Position numbers and translations under genes: made by a program. This document shows positions 18,500 through 29,381 of a stretch of DNA of 64,000 bases, piece by piece. How positions within the stretch are numbered: the first letter of the stretch is position 1; the number at the start of each line of letters is the position of its first letter. The notes below the pieces were generated by a model. It was not told the DNA's origin. It was given only the letters and a program-made list of their open reading frames with translations, and searched no databases. The stretch is from Candidatus Phycocordibacter aenigmaticus (lineage in GTDB: Bacteria; Patescibacteriota; Minisyncoccia; Phycocordibacterales; Phycocordibacteraceae), in the NCBI GenBank assembly GCA_045401115.1, contig CP174359.1:419247-483246 (forward strand). Reading direction: 5' to 3'.

Positions 18500-20035
18500 T
18501 TAATGTGAGTTTTCCTCTTCCTCTTTTTTAAGTGCGCTTTTAATGTGACTTTTTGCACCGGCAGTTTTTACGACCCCAAGCCATTTGTGGTTTGGTTTTG
18601 CGTTTTTACTGGTTAATATTTCAACAACGTCCCCATTCTTAAGAGTTGACTCAAAAGAGGCCATTTTCCCGTTCACTTTTGCGCCGTTCATAGTATCGCC
18701 CACATCTGAGTGAATGCTATATGCAAAATCAATAGGAGTCGCGGCAAGAGGGAGATCAATCACGTCACCTTTGGGAGTGAATGCAAAAATACGTTCAGCG
18801 AACACGTCTTTTTTAAGAATATCTTCAAATGTCTGTGATTCAGGGTGTTCTTCTTGTGTGTATGATAGATCACGCAACCACCGTGGTGTTGGCACCCCAT
18901 TTTGTGTTGGCATTGTTCGCCTTCGTAGGTTAGGTATTAAGTTTTGAAGCCATTCAAATGTAGTCTTTTTCGATGTATGCGGCGAGGGTGATTGCTTGTA
19001 GTTAAAATGAGAGGCAACACCGTATTGTGCATCACGATGCATGAGTTCAGTACGTAGTTGTAATTCAACAGTTACCCCACGTCGGGTGATAACGGTAGTG
19101 TGAATTGATTGATATCCGTTGGGTTTAGGAAACGCAATATAATCTTTTACTTTTCCAGGGATAGGACGCCATAGGCCATGCACGATACCAAGTGCACGAT
19201 AGCAGTCTTCAGTGTTTTTAAGGATAACGCGCAATGCGAAAAGGTCGAGTACCGCAGAGAGGTCATCATTGTATCGTTCGTGCGCTTTATTGCTAAAACT
19301 GTGTACACCCTTTACCCGGTATTCAGTACGGAAATCACGCAGTCCACTTTCTCCTAGAGTTTTTTTTAAATCTTTAATATCTTCATCAATACGGTGCCCC
19401 ACTTCTTTTTTACGTTCATCAATACGGTGAGTGAGTTCTTCATATTTTTCAGGTTCGAGCGTTGCAAATGCAAGGTCTTCAAGTTGGGCTTTAATATTTC
19501 CCATACCAAGACGCTCCGCAATGGGTACATACACTTCCATTGTTTCAAGTGCTTTACGTTTTTGTCGCTCTGGTTCATGAAATTTGTTTGTTTGCATGTT
19601 GTGCAAACGATCATACATTTTAACGATGATAACGCGGAGGTCTTGTGCTGTTGCCACGAGGAGTTTACGCATGCTCTCTACGTGTCGTTCCATCCCGCGA
19701 TATTTAATAGTTCCAAGCTTAGTTACGCCCTCAACAATAAAGCGAATTTCTGCGTTAAATTCTTTTTCAAGTTCCTCAGGAGTTATCTGGGTGTCTTCAA
19801 TAGTGTCATGCAAAAGACCTGCGGCAATAGAAGACGCATCCATACCAGCTTCAGCAAGATAATATCCGGTACTCGCAATGTGTGATTGAAAATATGGTTC
19901 CCCTGAAAGTCGTTTTTGACCGTCATGCGCTTTTTGGGCAAATTCCCATGCACGCGTCACAATATCTCGTGCGTCGCTACTCTGTTCACGCATCTGAGAG
20001 AGAATATCTTTAAGAGTAAAATATGTTTGAGACAT
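18500..20035 (-). CDS. relA: RelA/SpoT family (p)ppGpp synthetase/hydrolase (HD + SYNTH + TGS, no ACT)
   Basis: HDGQKRLSGEPY, LLHDTIED, DRLHNM, KDYIAFPKPNGYQSIHT, FTPKGD TGS. Confidence 0.9.
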   Translation of the reverse strand: MSQTYFTLKDILSQMREQSSDARDIVTRAWEFAQKAHDGQKRLSGEPYFQSHIASTGYYLAEAGMDASSIAAGLLHDTIEDTQITPEELEKEFNAEIRFIVEGVTKLGTIKYRGMERHVESMRKLLVATAQDLRVIIVKMYDRLHNMQTNKFHEPERQKRKALETMEVYVPIAERLGMGNIKAQLEDLAFATLEPEKYEELTHRIDERKKEVGHRIDEDIKDLKKTLGESGLRDFRTEYRVKGVHSFSNKAHERYNDDLSAVLDLFALRVILKNTEDCYRALGIVHGLWRPIPGKVKDYIAFPKPNGYQSIHTTVITRRGVTVELQLRTELMHRDAQYGVASHFNYKQSPSPHTSKKTTFEWLQNLIPNLRRRTMPTQNGVPTPRWLRDLSYTQEEHPESQTFEDILKKDVFAERIFAFTPKGDVIDLPLAATPIDFAYSIHSDVGDTMNGAKVNGKMASFESTLKNGDVVEILTSKNAKPNHKWLGVVKTAGAKSHIKSALKKEEEENSH

Positions 20036-20116
20036 TACACCATATTGTAACGTTTTTATTGTCCAGGTGTTAGTCTTTCATTGCGCTAGGCAATAGTATG
20101 TTTCTCTTGGGTTTAT

Positions 20117-22483
20117 TTACCCATTTTTTATCATTTCTGCTGCCACTTCCGGCGTCAGTTTCTCGGGATCTTGTTTCGGGTCAAGAAGGATGTGTTTGAA
20201 TCCTTTTTTAAGAAAGAAACCTCGCTTTGATTTGTAGAGTGTAATTGGTTTTTTGGTGCGCGGATGTGGTCCGACAGTGCGTACCACTTCGATACCTTTA
20301 CGTCCTTTTTTTGGTTCTTTTAATATTTCTAGAGCTCGATCAAAAGTGATTGTGTATGGATCGTCTTCTTTAAGTGATCGGAAATCACCATCGTGTACTA
20401 CATACGGTCCATACCGACCAATGTTGGCACTTATCATATTTCCAGTTTCAGGGTGTTCACCAAGTTCACGAGGAAGGATAAGAAGTTTTACTGCCTCTTG
20501 AAGAGTAATATGTTCAGCATCCATCTCTGGTGGGATAGAAGCACGTTTCGTTTTTGCTTTTATTCTACGTTTTTTACCAGTCTTTGAAATAGATTCTTTT
20601 TCCTCCTCAAGTACCATTTCGACATACGGACCAAATCGACCGTTACGGATATAAATTGGCTTATCAAGTTCCGGGTGGTTACCAATAGGGTCTTCAGTGC
20701 CAATTTCTTGACCTTCTTCGGTGCGTGCACCGGTACAGTCAGGGAATTTAGAACAACTCATAAATACACCAGAGCGGGAGAGTTTCATTTCCATAGATGC
20801 GCCACAGAGAGGGCAGTGGAACTCTTTAGGAGCCGGTCCGAGTGTTGTGAGTTTTGGAATATCAGCTTTTGATTCAAGTGCTTTAGTGAAAGGGGTATAA
20901 AATTCCTGTAGTGTTTTAGCATATTCACGTTCACCTTCAGCAATATGGTCGAGCTTGTCTTCCATCTCTGCAGTGAATGAGTCACTTACATAGTGTTCAA
21001 AATGTTTTTCAAGGAAACTCGAAACGACATCTCCAGTAGCAGTTGGGGTCAGTGTACGTCCTTCTTTGGTCACATAACCACGATCGATAATGGTCTTCAT
21101 AATTGACGCATATGTTGACGGGCGGCCAATGCCACGCTTTTCAAGTTCTTTCACCAATCCTGCCTCAGTATAGCGTTTTGGTGGTTGAGTATAGCGCTCC
21201 TCGCTTTCAATCTCCGTGAGCGTCGCTGTTTCCCCAGTAGTCATTTTTGGAAGTATCGTATCTTCTCCTTTTGCTTCTGGATCCGCTTTAAGCCATCCCT
21301 CATCGGTAAGTACTGAGCCATTCACCGTAAAGTCGGGGACCCCGTCAGTACTTAATGCAATTTTAGTGCGCAACATTTGCGCGTCACGCATTTGACTCGC
21401 AACAGTGCGAGAATGAATCAGGGTGTAGAGTCTTTTTTGCTCCTCATTCAAACCAGCAGCTGTTTTTGTTACATCAGTTGGACGGATTGCCTCGTGGGCT
21501 TCTTGTGCATTTTTACTCTTCCCTTTGTACGTGCGTGTCTCAAGGTATTCTTTGCCGTAGGTGTTTGTGATATGAGTTTTTAATGCATTGATTGCACTGG
21601 CGGCAAGGGTAGTACTGTCGGTACGCATGTACGTAATGTGTCCGGCTTCGTACAGCTTTTGTGCGACACCCATGGTGCGTGCGGGGGAGAAGCCAAGACG
21701 CGTTGATGCGGTTTGTTGGAGTGTACTGGTAGTAAACGGTGGTTTTGGTGAACGTTTGGTTGGCGTTTCAGTGATGGCACTCACATTCCAGGTGCCTTTC
21801 TTCCCAACGCTTACAATACGTTCAGCTTCTTTTTCTTCTGTTGGCTCAATAGAGCATTCTGTAGTGAATGCTTCCTTTCCTTGTGTAGTAAAATCAGCAG
21901 TAATCGTAAAGTACTGATCGGGAATAAACGCCCGAATTTCTCGTTCACGCTCCATAAGAATACGTAATGCCGGTGACTGTACACGACCTGCTGAAAGTCC
22001 GTACCGTACTTTTTTCCAAATCAGCCCCGATAGATCGTAGCCCACGAGTCGATCAAGAACGCGCCGCGCTTCTTGCGCTTTACGCAGGTCATCATCAATA
22101 GTACGCGGTTTTTCTACTGCTTCTTGCACTGCTTCTTTGGTAATTTCATGAAAGACCACTCGTTTTGCCTTATCAAGGTCGGCAACTTCTTTAAGGTGCC
22201 ACGCGATAGCTTCACCTTCACGGTCGGGGTCAGTGGCAAGTAACACCTCGTCCGCTGTGGCGGCAGCTTGTTTAATATCGCTAATCACTTTTCCTTTACC
22301 GGGTGTAGTGACGTATTTAGGTATAAAACCGTTTTCAATATCTACGGCGTCTTTATTTGATTTTGGTAGGTCGCGTACATGACCGACACTTGCCATTACT
22401 TTGTATCCCTTTCCGAGATACTTTTCGATAGTTTTCGCTTTTGCAGGCGACTCTACAATTACCAATGTTGTTTTTTGGGACAT
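20117..22483 (-). CDS. topA: DNA topoisomerase I
   Basis: IVESPAKAKTI, DPDREGE, SAGRVQS, ITYMRTD, GIGRPSTY; Zn ribbon and C-terminal repeats. Confidence 0.97.
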   Translation of the reverse strand: MSQKTTLVIVESPAKAKTIEKYLGKGYKVMASVGHVRDLPKSNKDAVDIENGFIPKYVTTPGKGKVISDIKQAAATADEVLLATDPDREGEAIAWHLKEVADLDKAKRVVFHEITKEAVQEAVEKPRTIDDDLRKAQEARRVLDRLVGYDLSGLIWKKVRYGLSAGRVQSPALRILMEREREIRAFIPDQYFTITADFTTQGKEAFTTECSIEPTEEKEAERIVSVGKKGTWNVSAITETPTKRSPKPPFTTSTLQQTASTRLGFSPARTMGVAQKLYEAGHITYMRTDSTTLAASAINALKTHITNTYGKEYLETRTYKGKSKNAQEAHEAIRPTDVTKTAAGLNEEQKRLYTLIHSRTVASQMRDAQMLRTKIALSTDGVPDFTVNGSVLTDEGWLKADPEAKGEDTILPKMTTGETATLTEIESEERYTQPPKRYTEAGLVKELEKRGIGRPSTYASIMKTIIDRGYVTKEGRTLTPTATGDVVSSFLEKHFEHYVSDSFTAEMEDKLDHIAEGEREYAKTLQEFYTPFTKALESKADIPKLTTLGPAPKEFHCPLCGASMEMKLSRSGVFMSCSKFPDCTGARTEEGQEIGTEDPIGNHPELDKPIYIRNGRFGPYVEMVLEEEKESISKTGKKRRIKAKTKRASIPPEMDAEHITLQEAVKLLILPRELGEHPETGNMISANIGRYGPYVVHDGDFRSLKEDDPYTITFDRALEILKEPKKGRKGIEVVRTVGPHPRTKKPITLYKSKRGFFLKKGFKHILLDPKQDPEKLTPEVAAEMIKNG

Positions 22484-22552
22484 TAGCAATAACTAGTACG
22501 TTATGAATGGAATACTGTCAACCCATTCTCTTGGATATACGTGTTTTCTAAT

Positions 22553-23410
22553 TCATTTTTTTCGACGTATCTCACCACTGGTTTCTTCAAGTAAACCTTT
22601 AAGTTCCATACCAAGTAAAAGCGCATTTGCTTCATGAATTGGTATTTTTAATGTTCGAATTAATTCGTCGCGTGGGATGGGTTCTGAAAGAATATTTATC
22701 ACCTTATTCTCAACATCAGAGAGGTTGGCTGTATGTGTGTGTCCTTTTTCAGGAGTATCTAAATTAAATAATTCTTTAATATCTTCAGCGCTGCGCACCG
22801 GCGCGCCGCCAAGTTTCATGTATATGTGTCCTCCCGTACCACTCTCAGAAAAAATTGGGTGGGGAACACATAACAGATCGCGGTTATAATCGAGCGCAAG
22901 ACGTGCCGTTATCATGGTGCCCGAGCGTTCTTTTGCTTCTACTACAAGTGTTGCGTGTGCGATCCCTGCCATAATCCGATTTCTTTTAGGAAAGCTTTCT
23001 GGACGGGCACAAAATGTCGGTGACTCTTCACTGAGAATGGCGCCACCTGCTTTAAGGATATCGTTTGCAAGTCCTCGGTGTGAACGTGGATACAGCACAC
23101 TATCATCAACTCCTGAGCCTGGAATGGCGATGGTGTGAAGCCCTGCTGTAAGTGCCGCGCGGTGCGCTACACCATCAATGCCCAGCGCAAGGCCGGACAC
23201 TATTGATATTGGAAGCCCTGTGAGTCCGTTGATAATATATTCACAGGCTTCTCGCCCATAGCGGCTCATTTTACGCGAACCAACCACAGCAAGGAGGTAG
23301 TGATCTTGTGGCGGTAGTGAGCCACGTATATAAAGATCAGTAGGAGGGTCAGGAATTTCTTTCAATAGAAGAGGAAGGTCAGCCTGGTGTATGTGACTAA
23401 AAGAGCCCAT
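22553..23410 (-). CDS. dprA: DNA-processing protein DprA
   Basis: IPDPP, AVVGSR, SGLALGID, FPKRNRI, VVEA..SG; adjacent to topA. Confidence 0.95.
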   Translation of the reverse strand: MGSFSHIHQADLPLLLKEIPDPPTDLYIRGSLPPQDHYLLAVVGSRKMSRYGREACEYIINGLTGLPISIVSGLALGIDGVAHRAALTAGLHTIAIPGSGVDDSVLYPRSHRGLANDILKAGGAILSEESPTFCARPESFPKRNRIMAGIAHATLVVEAKERSGTMITARLALDYNRDLLCVPHPIFSESGTGGHIYMKLGGAPVRSAEDIKELFNLDTPEKGHTHTANLSDVENKVINILSEPIPRDELIRTLKIPIHEANALLLGMELKGLLEETSGEIRRKK

Positions 23411-23460
23411 ACTCTTTATGCTACTATGGTTTTTATACTCTTTTGAGATAAAAAATACAT

Positions 23461-24741
23461 ATGTTGGATATTAAATTTATTGAAGAAAATCCCGATATCG
23501 TTCGCGCGGCTATACAGAATAAAAAAAGCCCGGCAGTTGATTTGGATGCATTACTTGCATTGAATGAGAAACGAAAAACGCTTCAAAAAGAAATTGATGA
23601 TTTAAATAGAGCTAAAAACGAAGCCGCTACGGCACGAGATATTGACCGTGGTAAGCAGGTAAAGGAAGAACTTCAAACAGTAACCGCAGAATATTCCGAT
23701 GTGGAAAAAGAATATGCCACGCTTCTTTTAAAAATTCCAAACATACCTTCAGCTGACACACCGATAGGTGCAGATGAGTCTGAAAATAAAGTACTCAGTC
23801 AAGTTGGTGAACAGCCGTCTTTTTCTTTTACTCCAAAACCGCATTGGGAGCTCGGTGAGCATCTTGATGTTATTGATACAAAAAAAGCCGCAGATGTATC
23901 AGGTGCTCGGTTTAATTACCTCAAAGGTGCCGCAGCGATGTTGCAGTATGCGCTGTTCGATCTTGGCGTGAAAGTGTTGACTGATAGCGAGGTGCTTGAA
24001 GGTATTGCTGAGCGTGCAGGGCTTGCAATAAAAGTCACTCCTTTTATACCAGTAGTGCCGCCACTGATGATGCGTAGCGCAGTGATGAACCGTATGGCAC
24101 GCCTTCATCCTCTTGATGAACGTTACTATCTTGAAAAAGATGACCTAGTGCTTATTGGTAGCGCTGAACACACCCTCGGTCCAATTCATATGGATGAGAA
24201 AATCAAAGAGGAAGATGTACCGCTTCGGTATTTTGCCTTTACTCCAGCCTTCAGAAGGGAAGCTGGTTCATATGGGAAAGACACACGAGGGGTTATTCGC
24301 CAGCATCAATTTGATAAATTAGAAATGGAAACGTTTGTAAGACCAGAAGATGGATATCCGGAACAGGACTTTATCGTAGCCATTCAAGAGCACGTACTCC
24401 AATTACTTGAGCTTCCATATCAAAAAGTAGCTATTTGTACGGGAGACATGGGGGCACCGGATCATCGGCAGTTTGATATGGAAACGTGGATGCCGGGGCA
24501 GGGGGTATATAAAGAAACCCACACATCTGATTACATGGGAGGCTACCAAGCTCGCCGTCTGCGCACCCGTCTTGTGCGAAAAGATGGATCTACAGAGGCA
24601 GTACATATGAATGACGCAACTCTATTTGCTATGGGAAGAATGATTGCTGCCATTATGGAAAACTATCAACAAGAAGATGGTTCGATTCGTGTCCCTAAGG
24701 TGCTTCAGCAATACGTTGGAAAAGATATAATTAAGGCATAA
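23461..24741 (+). CDS. serS: Serine--tRNA ligase
   Basis: MLDIK start, IPNIP, FRREAGSYGKDTRG, HQFDKLE. Confidence 0.96.
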   Translation: MLDIKFIEENPDIVRAAIQNKKSPAVDLDALLALNEKRKTLQKEIDDLNRAKNEAATARDIDRGKQVKEELQTVTAEYSDVEKEYATLLLKIPNIPSADTPIGADESENKVLSQVGEQPSFSFTPKPHWELGEHLDVIDTKKAADVSGARFNYLKGAAAMLQYALFDLGVKVLTDSEVLEGIAERAGLAIKVTPFIPVVPPLMMRSAVMNRMARLHPLDERYYLEKDDLVLIGSAEHTLGPIHMDEKIKEEDVPLRYFAFTPAFRREAGSYGKDTRGVIRQHQFDKLEMETFVRPEDGYPEQDFIVAIQEHVLQLLELPYQKVAICTGDMGAPDHRQFDMETWMPGQGVYKETHTSDYMGGYQARRLRTRLVRKDGSTEAVHMNDATLFAMGRMIAAIMENYQQEDGSIRVPKVLQQYVGKDIIKA

Positions 24742-25553
24742 TGCCGGGAAAGAAAAAACGTACACTTAAAGAACGTCGCCGTCGAAAGTTGGTGATTGTT
24801 ACTGCGTCGATTGGGGTTATTGTGTTGGCGCTCATTGTGTTGTTGGTTATGTTACTGCGCTTGCCTGAAATACGGATTGGGCACGTTTCAATTTCCGGTA
24901 CGCAGTATTCGCATGAGTCACTGGTAACGCAAACAGTGCAGCGCTCACTCAGTGGAAATTATTTTTTTGTTGTTCCGCACAATAATACTTTTTTATATCC
25001 TAAAACAGAGATACGTCATGAATTGAAAAAGCAATTCCCGGCGGTGCGCTCAGTTACTTTTGAACGCCCTACTATGCAATCACTTTCAATAACTGTGGTA
25101 GAGCGCAAACCAGACGCGCTGTGGTGCGCACACGCAAGTAGTTCTCCGTGCTACCTCATGGATGAGGACGGTTTTGTGTTTGTACGCGCTCCCCACGAAT
25201 ATCCTGAACTGGTTCGCTATCAAGGAACATTAGATGGTGATATTCCGGCTGTGTTTCTTAGTGGCGCGTATCCAGAACTCACTCGGTTTATCGATGATGT
25301 CGGCGAAGTGACCAAACGATCAGTGGATCGGGTTGTGCGAGATGAGCACGGTGATGTATTTGTTTTTTTTGAAGAAGCCGGCGGTGAACTGCGTTTTGTG
25401 CATAATGATGCAAGCGATCTACTTTTACAAAATATTGCCAGTGTGTTTGCCGCACCACGTTTCCATGCCAGCACGACGCCGCTTGAGTATGCTGACTTTC
25501 GTTTTGGTAAAAAGGTATATGTAAAATTTCTTTCCGAAGATTCGGAGCTATAA
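24741..25553 (+). CDS. ftsQ: FtsQ/DivIB-like POTRA protein
   Basis: Basic N-terminus, single TM, ITVVERKP and YADFRFG motifs. Confidence 0.7.
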   Translation: MPGKKKRTLKERRRRKLVIVTASIGVIVLALIVLLVMLLRLPEIRIGHVSISGTQYSHESLVTQTVQRSLSGNYFFVVPHNNTFLYPKTEIRHELKKQFPAVRSVTFERPTMQSLSITVVERKPDALWCAHASSSPCYLMDEDGFVFVRAPHEYPELVRYQGTLDGDIPAVFLSGAYPELTRFIDDVGEVTKRSVDRVVRDEHGDVFVFFEEAGGELRFVHNDASDLLLQNIASVFAAPRFHASTTPLEYADFRFGKKVYVKFLSEDSEL

Positions 25554-25664
25554 AAAGAACGAACTGCTTTGTTACCTTCGTCGCGCGAGTGCTCACTGTA
25601 CACAAAAGTACGACTCGCACTCTAGCTCCTCGGTGCCGCACATTTCATTTCTTTTTATAGATCC
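25544..25664. repeat. Palindromic insertion (RPE-like core) with 12-bp inverted arms
   Basis: CTATAAAAAGAA / TTCTTTTTATAG arms; core with GTAC-N6-GTAC similar to 45579-45700. Confidence 0.6.
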
Positions 25665-25720
25665 TTACTTTATTTTTCGTGTTTCGCGTATTTGTGCCTG
25701 GTGTGGTATTAAAAGGGGAT

Positions 25721-26704
25721 ATGCAAAGTTTCTGGAATAGTCTATCAAAACCAATTATGGTCCTAGCACCTATGGCAGATGTTACTGACGTGGCGTTTCG
25801 TCGTGTTATCGCAAAATACGGCAGGCCAGATGTTATCTGGACTGAATTCGTATCAGCTGACGGACTTGCGCTTGCACCGGACGAAGGACGTGCAAAACTC
25901 ATGAAAGATTTAGAATACTCAGAAGCCGAACGGCCTATCGTTGCTCAATTCTTTACCGCAACCCCAAAACATATGGAATCAGCCGCAGCATTAGCACGTG
26001 AGCTGGGATTTGATGGGGTTGATATTAATATGGGGTGTCCTGATAGGTCTATTGAAAAGCAGGGTTCTGGAGCCGCGCATATAAAAAGCGCTGAGCATGC
26101 AAAAGAAATCATCTATGCCGCGCAGGCCGGAGCAAAGGATATTCCCGTATCGGTAAAAACCCGTCTCGGTTATAACAAAGATGAACTCGACACGTGGCTT
26201 CCGCATCTGTTTGAAACAAAACCAGCCGTACTTACGATGCACGCGCGCACCCGAAAAGAAATGAGTAAAGTACCGGCGCGGTGGGAGCGCGTGGCGGAAG
26301 TAGTCGCTGTACGTGATCGTTTAGCGCCTGATACGTTAGTGTTGGGTAATGGCGACGTCGTCGATCTTGCTGATGCGAGAGAGAAGGTTGCTGAAAGTGG
26401 TGCCGATGGTGCAATGCTTGGCAGAGCTATTTTTGGAAACCCGTGGCTTTTTTCAAATGTTGGACGTCCGACGTCCAACATTTCGCTCAAGGAGCGGCTT
26501 GAAGTGATGGTTGAACATACGAAACTTTTTGAAGAGTTATTGCCGCATAAGAATTTCGCCATTATGAAGAAACACTATAAAGCATATGTTTCTAACTTTG
26601 ACGGCGCCGCAGACCTACGCGCAAAACTTATGGAAACAAAAACTGCAGCAGAAGTTGCGTCTATTGTGGACAACTTTCTTGCTGAAAGCACAATTGGCAC
26701 GTAG
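25721..26704 (+). CDS. dus: tRNA-dihydrouridine synthase
   Basis: LAPMADVTD, DINMGCP, VSVKTRLG, HART, GNGD, GRAIFGNPW. Confidence 0.93.
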   Translation: MQSFWNSLSKPIMVLAPMADVTDVAFRRVIAKYGRPDVIWTEFVSADGLALAPDEGRAKLMKDLEYSEAERPIVAQFFTATPKHMESAAALARELGFDGVDINMGCPDRSIEKQGSGAAHIKSAEHAKEIIYAAQAGAKDIPVSVKTRLGYNKDELDTWLPHLFETKPAVLTMHARTRKEMSKVPARWERVAEVVAVRDRLAPDTLVLGNGDVVDLADAREKVAESGADGAMLGRAIFGNPWLFSNVGRPTSNISLKERLEVMVEHTKLFEELLPHKNFAIMKKHYKAYVSNFDGAADLRAKLMETKTAAEVASIVDNFLAESTIGT

Positions 26705-26784
26705 ACTGCTACCAATTTGTGCCTATGAAAAAAAGATATAAAACAAAGTCTATTTCGCAAGCACAAATTGGTCATTTGACCACC

Positions 26785-26812
26785 ATCCCCGACAATTGTC
26801 GGGGATTTTTTT
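26785..26812 (+). terminator. Intrinsic terminator-like hairpin
   Basis: ATCCCCGACAATTGTCGGGGAT followed by a T run. Confidence 0.6.
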
Positions 26813-26837
26813 ATTTACCACCTAATCAATAACACTT

Positions 26838-27674
26838 ATGAAAGCAACCTTATCTCCAAAAACAAAACCAACGTACGATACAAAACTCTTCTCGGATACC
26901 GTAAACAGGCTTCGCGCGTTCTTTCTTGAGCGTGGATTTCTTGAGGTACATACACAAGACCGGCTTTCAATTCTTGCCGCTTGTGAAGACCCTGAAACTG
27001 TTTCAACGTATGGGTATGAAAACGAAGTATGGCCACTGCCGCAAACAGGTCAAATGTGGCTCGAATACGAATTACTCACCAAGCCGGAACTTCCCGGCGT
27101 TTTTTGTGTCTCAACGAGTTACCGCAACGAACCTAATCCCATTCCTGGAAGGCATGAGCGTATCTTTCCTATGTTTGAGTTTGAAGCGCCAGGAACCATG
27201 GAGGACCTGGTCGCGCTTGAAAGCGCGCTCTGCACACACATGGGCTTAGGAGAGGAATCAGAATTCGCACACCTTGAGTACGAAGACGCGATGAAGCACT
27301 ACAATACTGACGATATCTCTGCTGAGGAAGAGATGAAGATGAGAGATGAATTTGGTCGCGTAGTGTTCCTTAAAAATTTCCCCGAACATACCTCACCGTT
27401 TTGGAACATGAATCGCGCCGGTGAAATCGCGCGAAAAGTAGATGTGATTATCGATGGTATGGAAACAATCGGCTCTGCAGAGCGTAGCTCTGACCGCGAG
27501 GAAATGAAGCGACGCTTTGCCACCATATCTGACGGAGAGTATGCGGCGCTACTTTATGAAAAATTCGGAGAGGATAGAGTAAAGAAAGAACTTAAAGAAT
27601 TCTTTGAGCTGGAATTCTTTCCTCGCTTTGGTGGTGGAATTGGTATGACTCGTATGATGCGCGCGTGTCAGTAG
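26838..27674 (+). CDS. Stand-alone class IIb aaRS catalytic-domain paralog (AsnRS2 / asparagine synthetase-like)
   Basis: Motif 2 SYRNE..RH..FPMFEFE, ETIGSAER, motif 3 GGGIGMTR; no anticodon OB-fold (278 aa). Confidence 0.75.
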   Translation: MKATLSPKTKPTYDTKLFSDTVNRLRAFFLERGFLEVHTQDRLSILAACEDPETVSTYGYENEVWPLPQTGQMWLEYELLTKPELPGVFCVSTSYRNEPNPIPGRHERIFPMFEFEAPGTMEDLVALESALCTHMGLGEESEFAHLEYEDAMKHYNTDDISAEEEMKMRDEFGRVVFLKNFPEHTSPFWNMNRAGEIARKVDVIIDGMETIGSAERSSDREEMKRRFATISDGEYAALLYEKFGEDRVKKELKEFFELEFFPRFGGGIGMTRMMRACQ

Positions 27675-27760
27675 TTGTATGAAAACCGAGGAATATCAAC
27701 TGTTCGCTGCGTGGTTGACTGAAGTGGATAACCAATAACGCTGTGGTAGTCTGCATTGAT

Positions 27761-28281
27761 ATGACAGACGTAGTGTATGTAAATAAGGACGACGAGGTGA
27801 TAGGAGGTGGTTCTATTTCCGATGGAGTCATGCAGGGGGTGGTGTTTCGTGCATCTCGTGTGCTCCTTATTAATGAACACGGTGAAGCGCTCCTGCAACA
27901 ACGTTCGTCAGATATGCTTTTGTATCCGTCGCGATGGAATGAATCAGCCACAGGACATGTTGATGTCGGCGAAGAATATATTGACGCAGCAGCCCGTGAG
28001 CTACAAGAAGAAATTAGCGTATCCGATATAATACTTACTGAACTAGGAACATTTTTTGCTGAAGAGATTGCCCCAGAAGGATTGCCGCGATACAGCTTTA
28101 ACCGTTTGTATGTCGGTGTGTATCCTGAAACAATGCTACCCTCAGTGGATCCTAAAGAAGTAGCACAAGTCCGTTGGGTTCCCTTTGACGAACTCGCTAC
28201 ATGGATTAATGAAAAACCGGAAGATTTCCCCCAGCGGCAGTGCAAAGCTTGAAACTCTTTTTTGATTCACTTAATAGCTAA
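27761..28281 (+). CDS. NUDIX hydrolase (IDI-like); probable 1-nt indel near 3' end
   Basis: LLQQRS, SATGHVDVGEEYIDAAARELQEE Nudix box; an alternative frame after the C run gives a plausible ending at 28281. Confidence 0.8.
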
Positions 28282-28319
28282 GGGCATGGGCAGGTTCCTG
28301 ACTCTGTTATACTACCGAT

Positions 28320-29381
28320 ATGTCAAAAGCAGGGGATGAAGCACATACTCATGGTGGGGCACTGTATCGGAAATACCGACCGCAGAGTTTTGACGATGTG
28401 CTCGGTCAAGACCATGTAGTCACCGCACTCAACGGTGCGCTTAAGGAAAATAACGTAGGACATGCCTATTTGTTTTACGGCTCACGCGGTACGGGAAAAA
28501 CTTCAGTAGCGCGTATTTTTGCACGTGCTCTCGGGGCTACAGACGCTGATATTCATGAAATTGACGCGGCAAGTTACACCGGTGTTGACCATATACGTGA
28601 ATTACGCGACGAGGTACAAGTCATGCCATTTGCGTCAAAAAAGAAAGTGTATATTGTCGACGAGGTGCACATGCTCTCGAAGGCGGCGTTCAACGCCTTT
28701 TTGAAGACGCTTGAGGAGCCACCTGAGTATGTGGTCTTTATTTTGGCAACAACCGAACTTGAAAAAGTTCCCGACACCATCCAATCACGGTGCCAGGTGT
28801 TTACCTTTAAGAAACCCACCACAAAAGTGGTGAGCGAGATGGTAACACGTGTAGCGAAGGCGGAAGGCTTTACCCTTGAAGCACCTGCAGCAGAACTTAT
28901 TGCCTTGCTCGCGGGCGGCTCATTCCGCGATGCGCAAAGTGTGTTGCAAAAGGTGCTTATTTCCTCAGAAGATAAAAAGGTCACCACTGACGAGGTTGAA
29001 GCCGTAACTGGCGCGCCCAAAAGTGAACTAGTACGCCGTGTACTTGAAGCATTGGCTCATGGTGACACAAAAGATGCACTTGCAGCAGTCGGTGAGGGAG
29101 TATCGGCGAATGCGGATATGAATTTATTCCTTACTCTTCTTTTGGAGCGCACCCGTCTTGCACTACTCCTTCGCTACTCCAGTGAGTTAGGTGAGACGCT
29201 AATTGTTGACTTACCGGAGGCAGAACAGCAAGGACTGCGCGCGCTCGCTGAGGACAAAGAATCAAAACTAAATTCAGAGACACTTAAGAAGCTTATTGAG
29301 GCGTCTATTGCGACTGGGCGCGCGGCGGTGCCGCATTTGCCACTTGAGGTCGCGATACTAGAATTAGTAGGTGGAAAGTAG
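28320..29381 (+). CDS. dnaX: DNA polymerase III subunit gamma/tau
   Basis: LYRKYRPQSF, GSRGTGKT, EIDAAS, VDEVHML, LKTLEEPP, TIQSRC. Confidence 0.96.
   Translation: MSKAGDEAHTHGGALYRKYRPQSFDDVLGQDHVVTALNGALKENNVGHAYLFYGSRGTGKTSVARIFARALGATDADIHEIDAASYTGVDHIRELRDEVQVMPFASKKKVYIVDEVHMLSKAAFNAFLKTLEEPPEYVVFILATTELEKVPDTIQSRCQVFTFKKPTTKVVSEMVTRVAKAEGFTLEAPAAELIALLAGGSFRDAQSVLQKVLISSEDKKVTTDEVEAVTGAPKSELVRRVLEALAHGDTKDALAAVGEGVSANADMNLFLTLLLERTRLALLLRYSSELGETLIVDLPEAEQQGLRALAEDKESKLNSETLKKLIEASIATGRAAVPHLPLEVAILELVGGK

Noticed and set aside
26724-26833. Asn-sensing leader peptide before the AsnRS-like gene
   Set aside because: The short ORF has no Asn/Asp codon run and no clear antiterminator.
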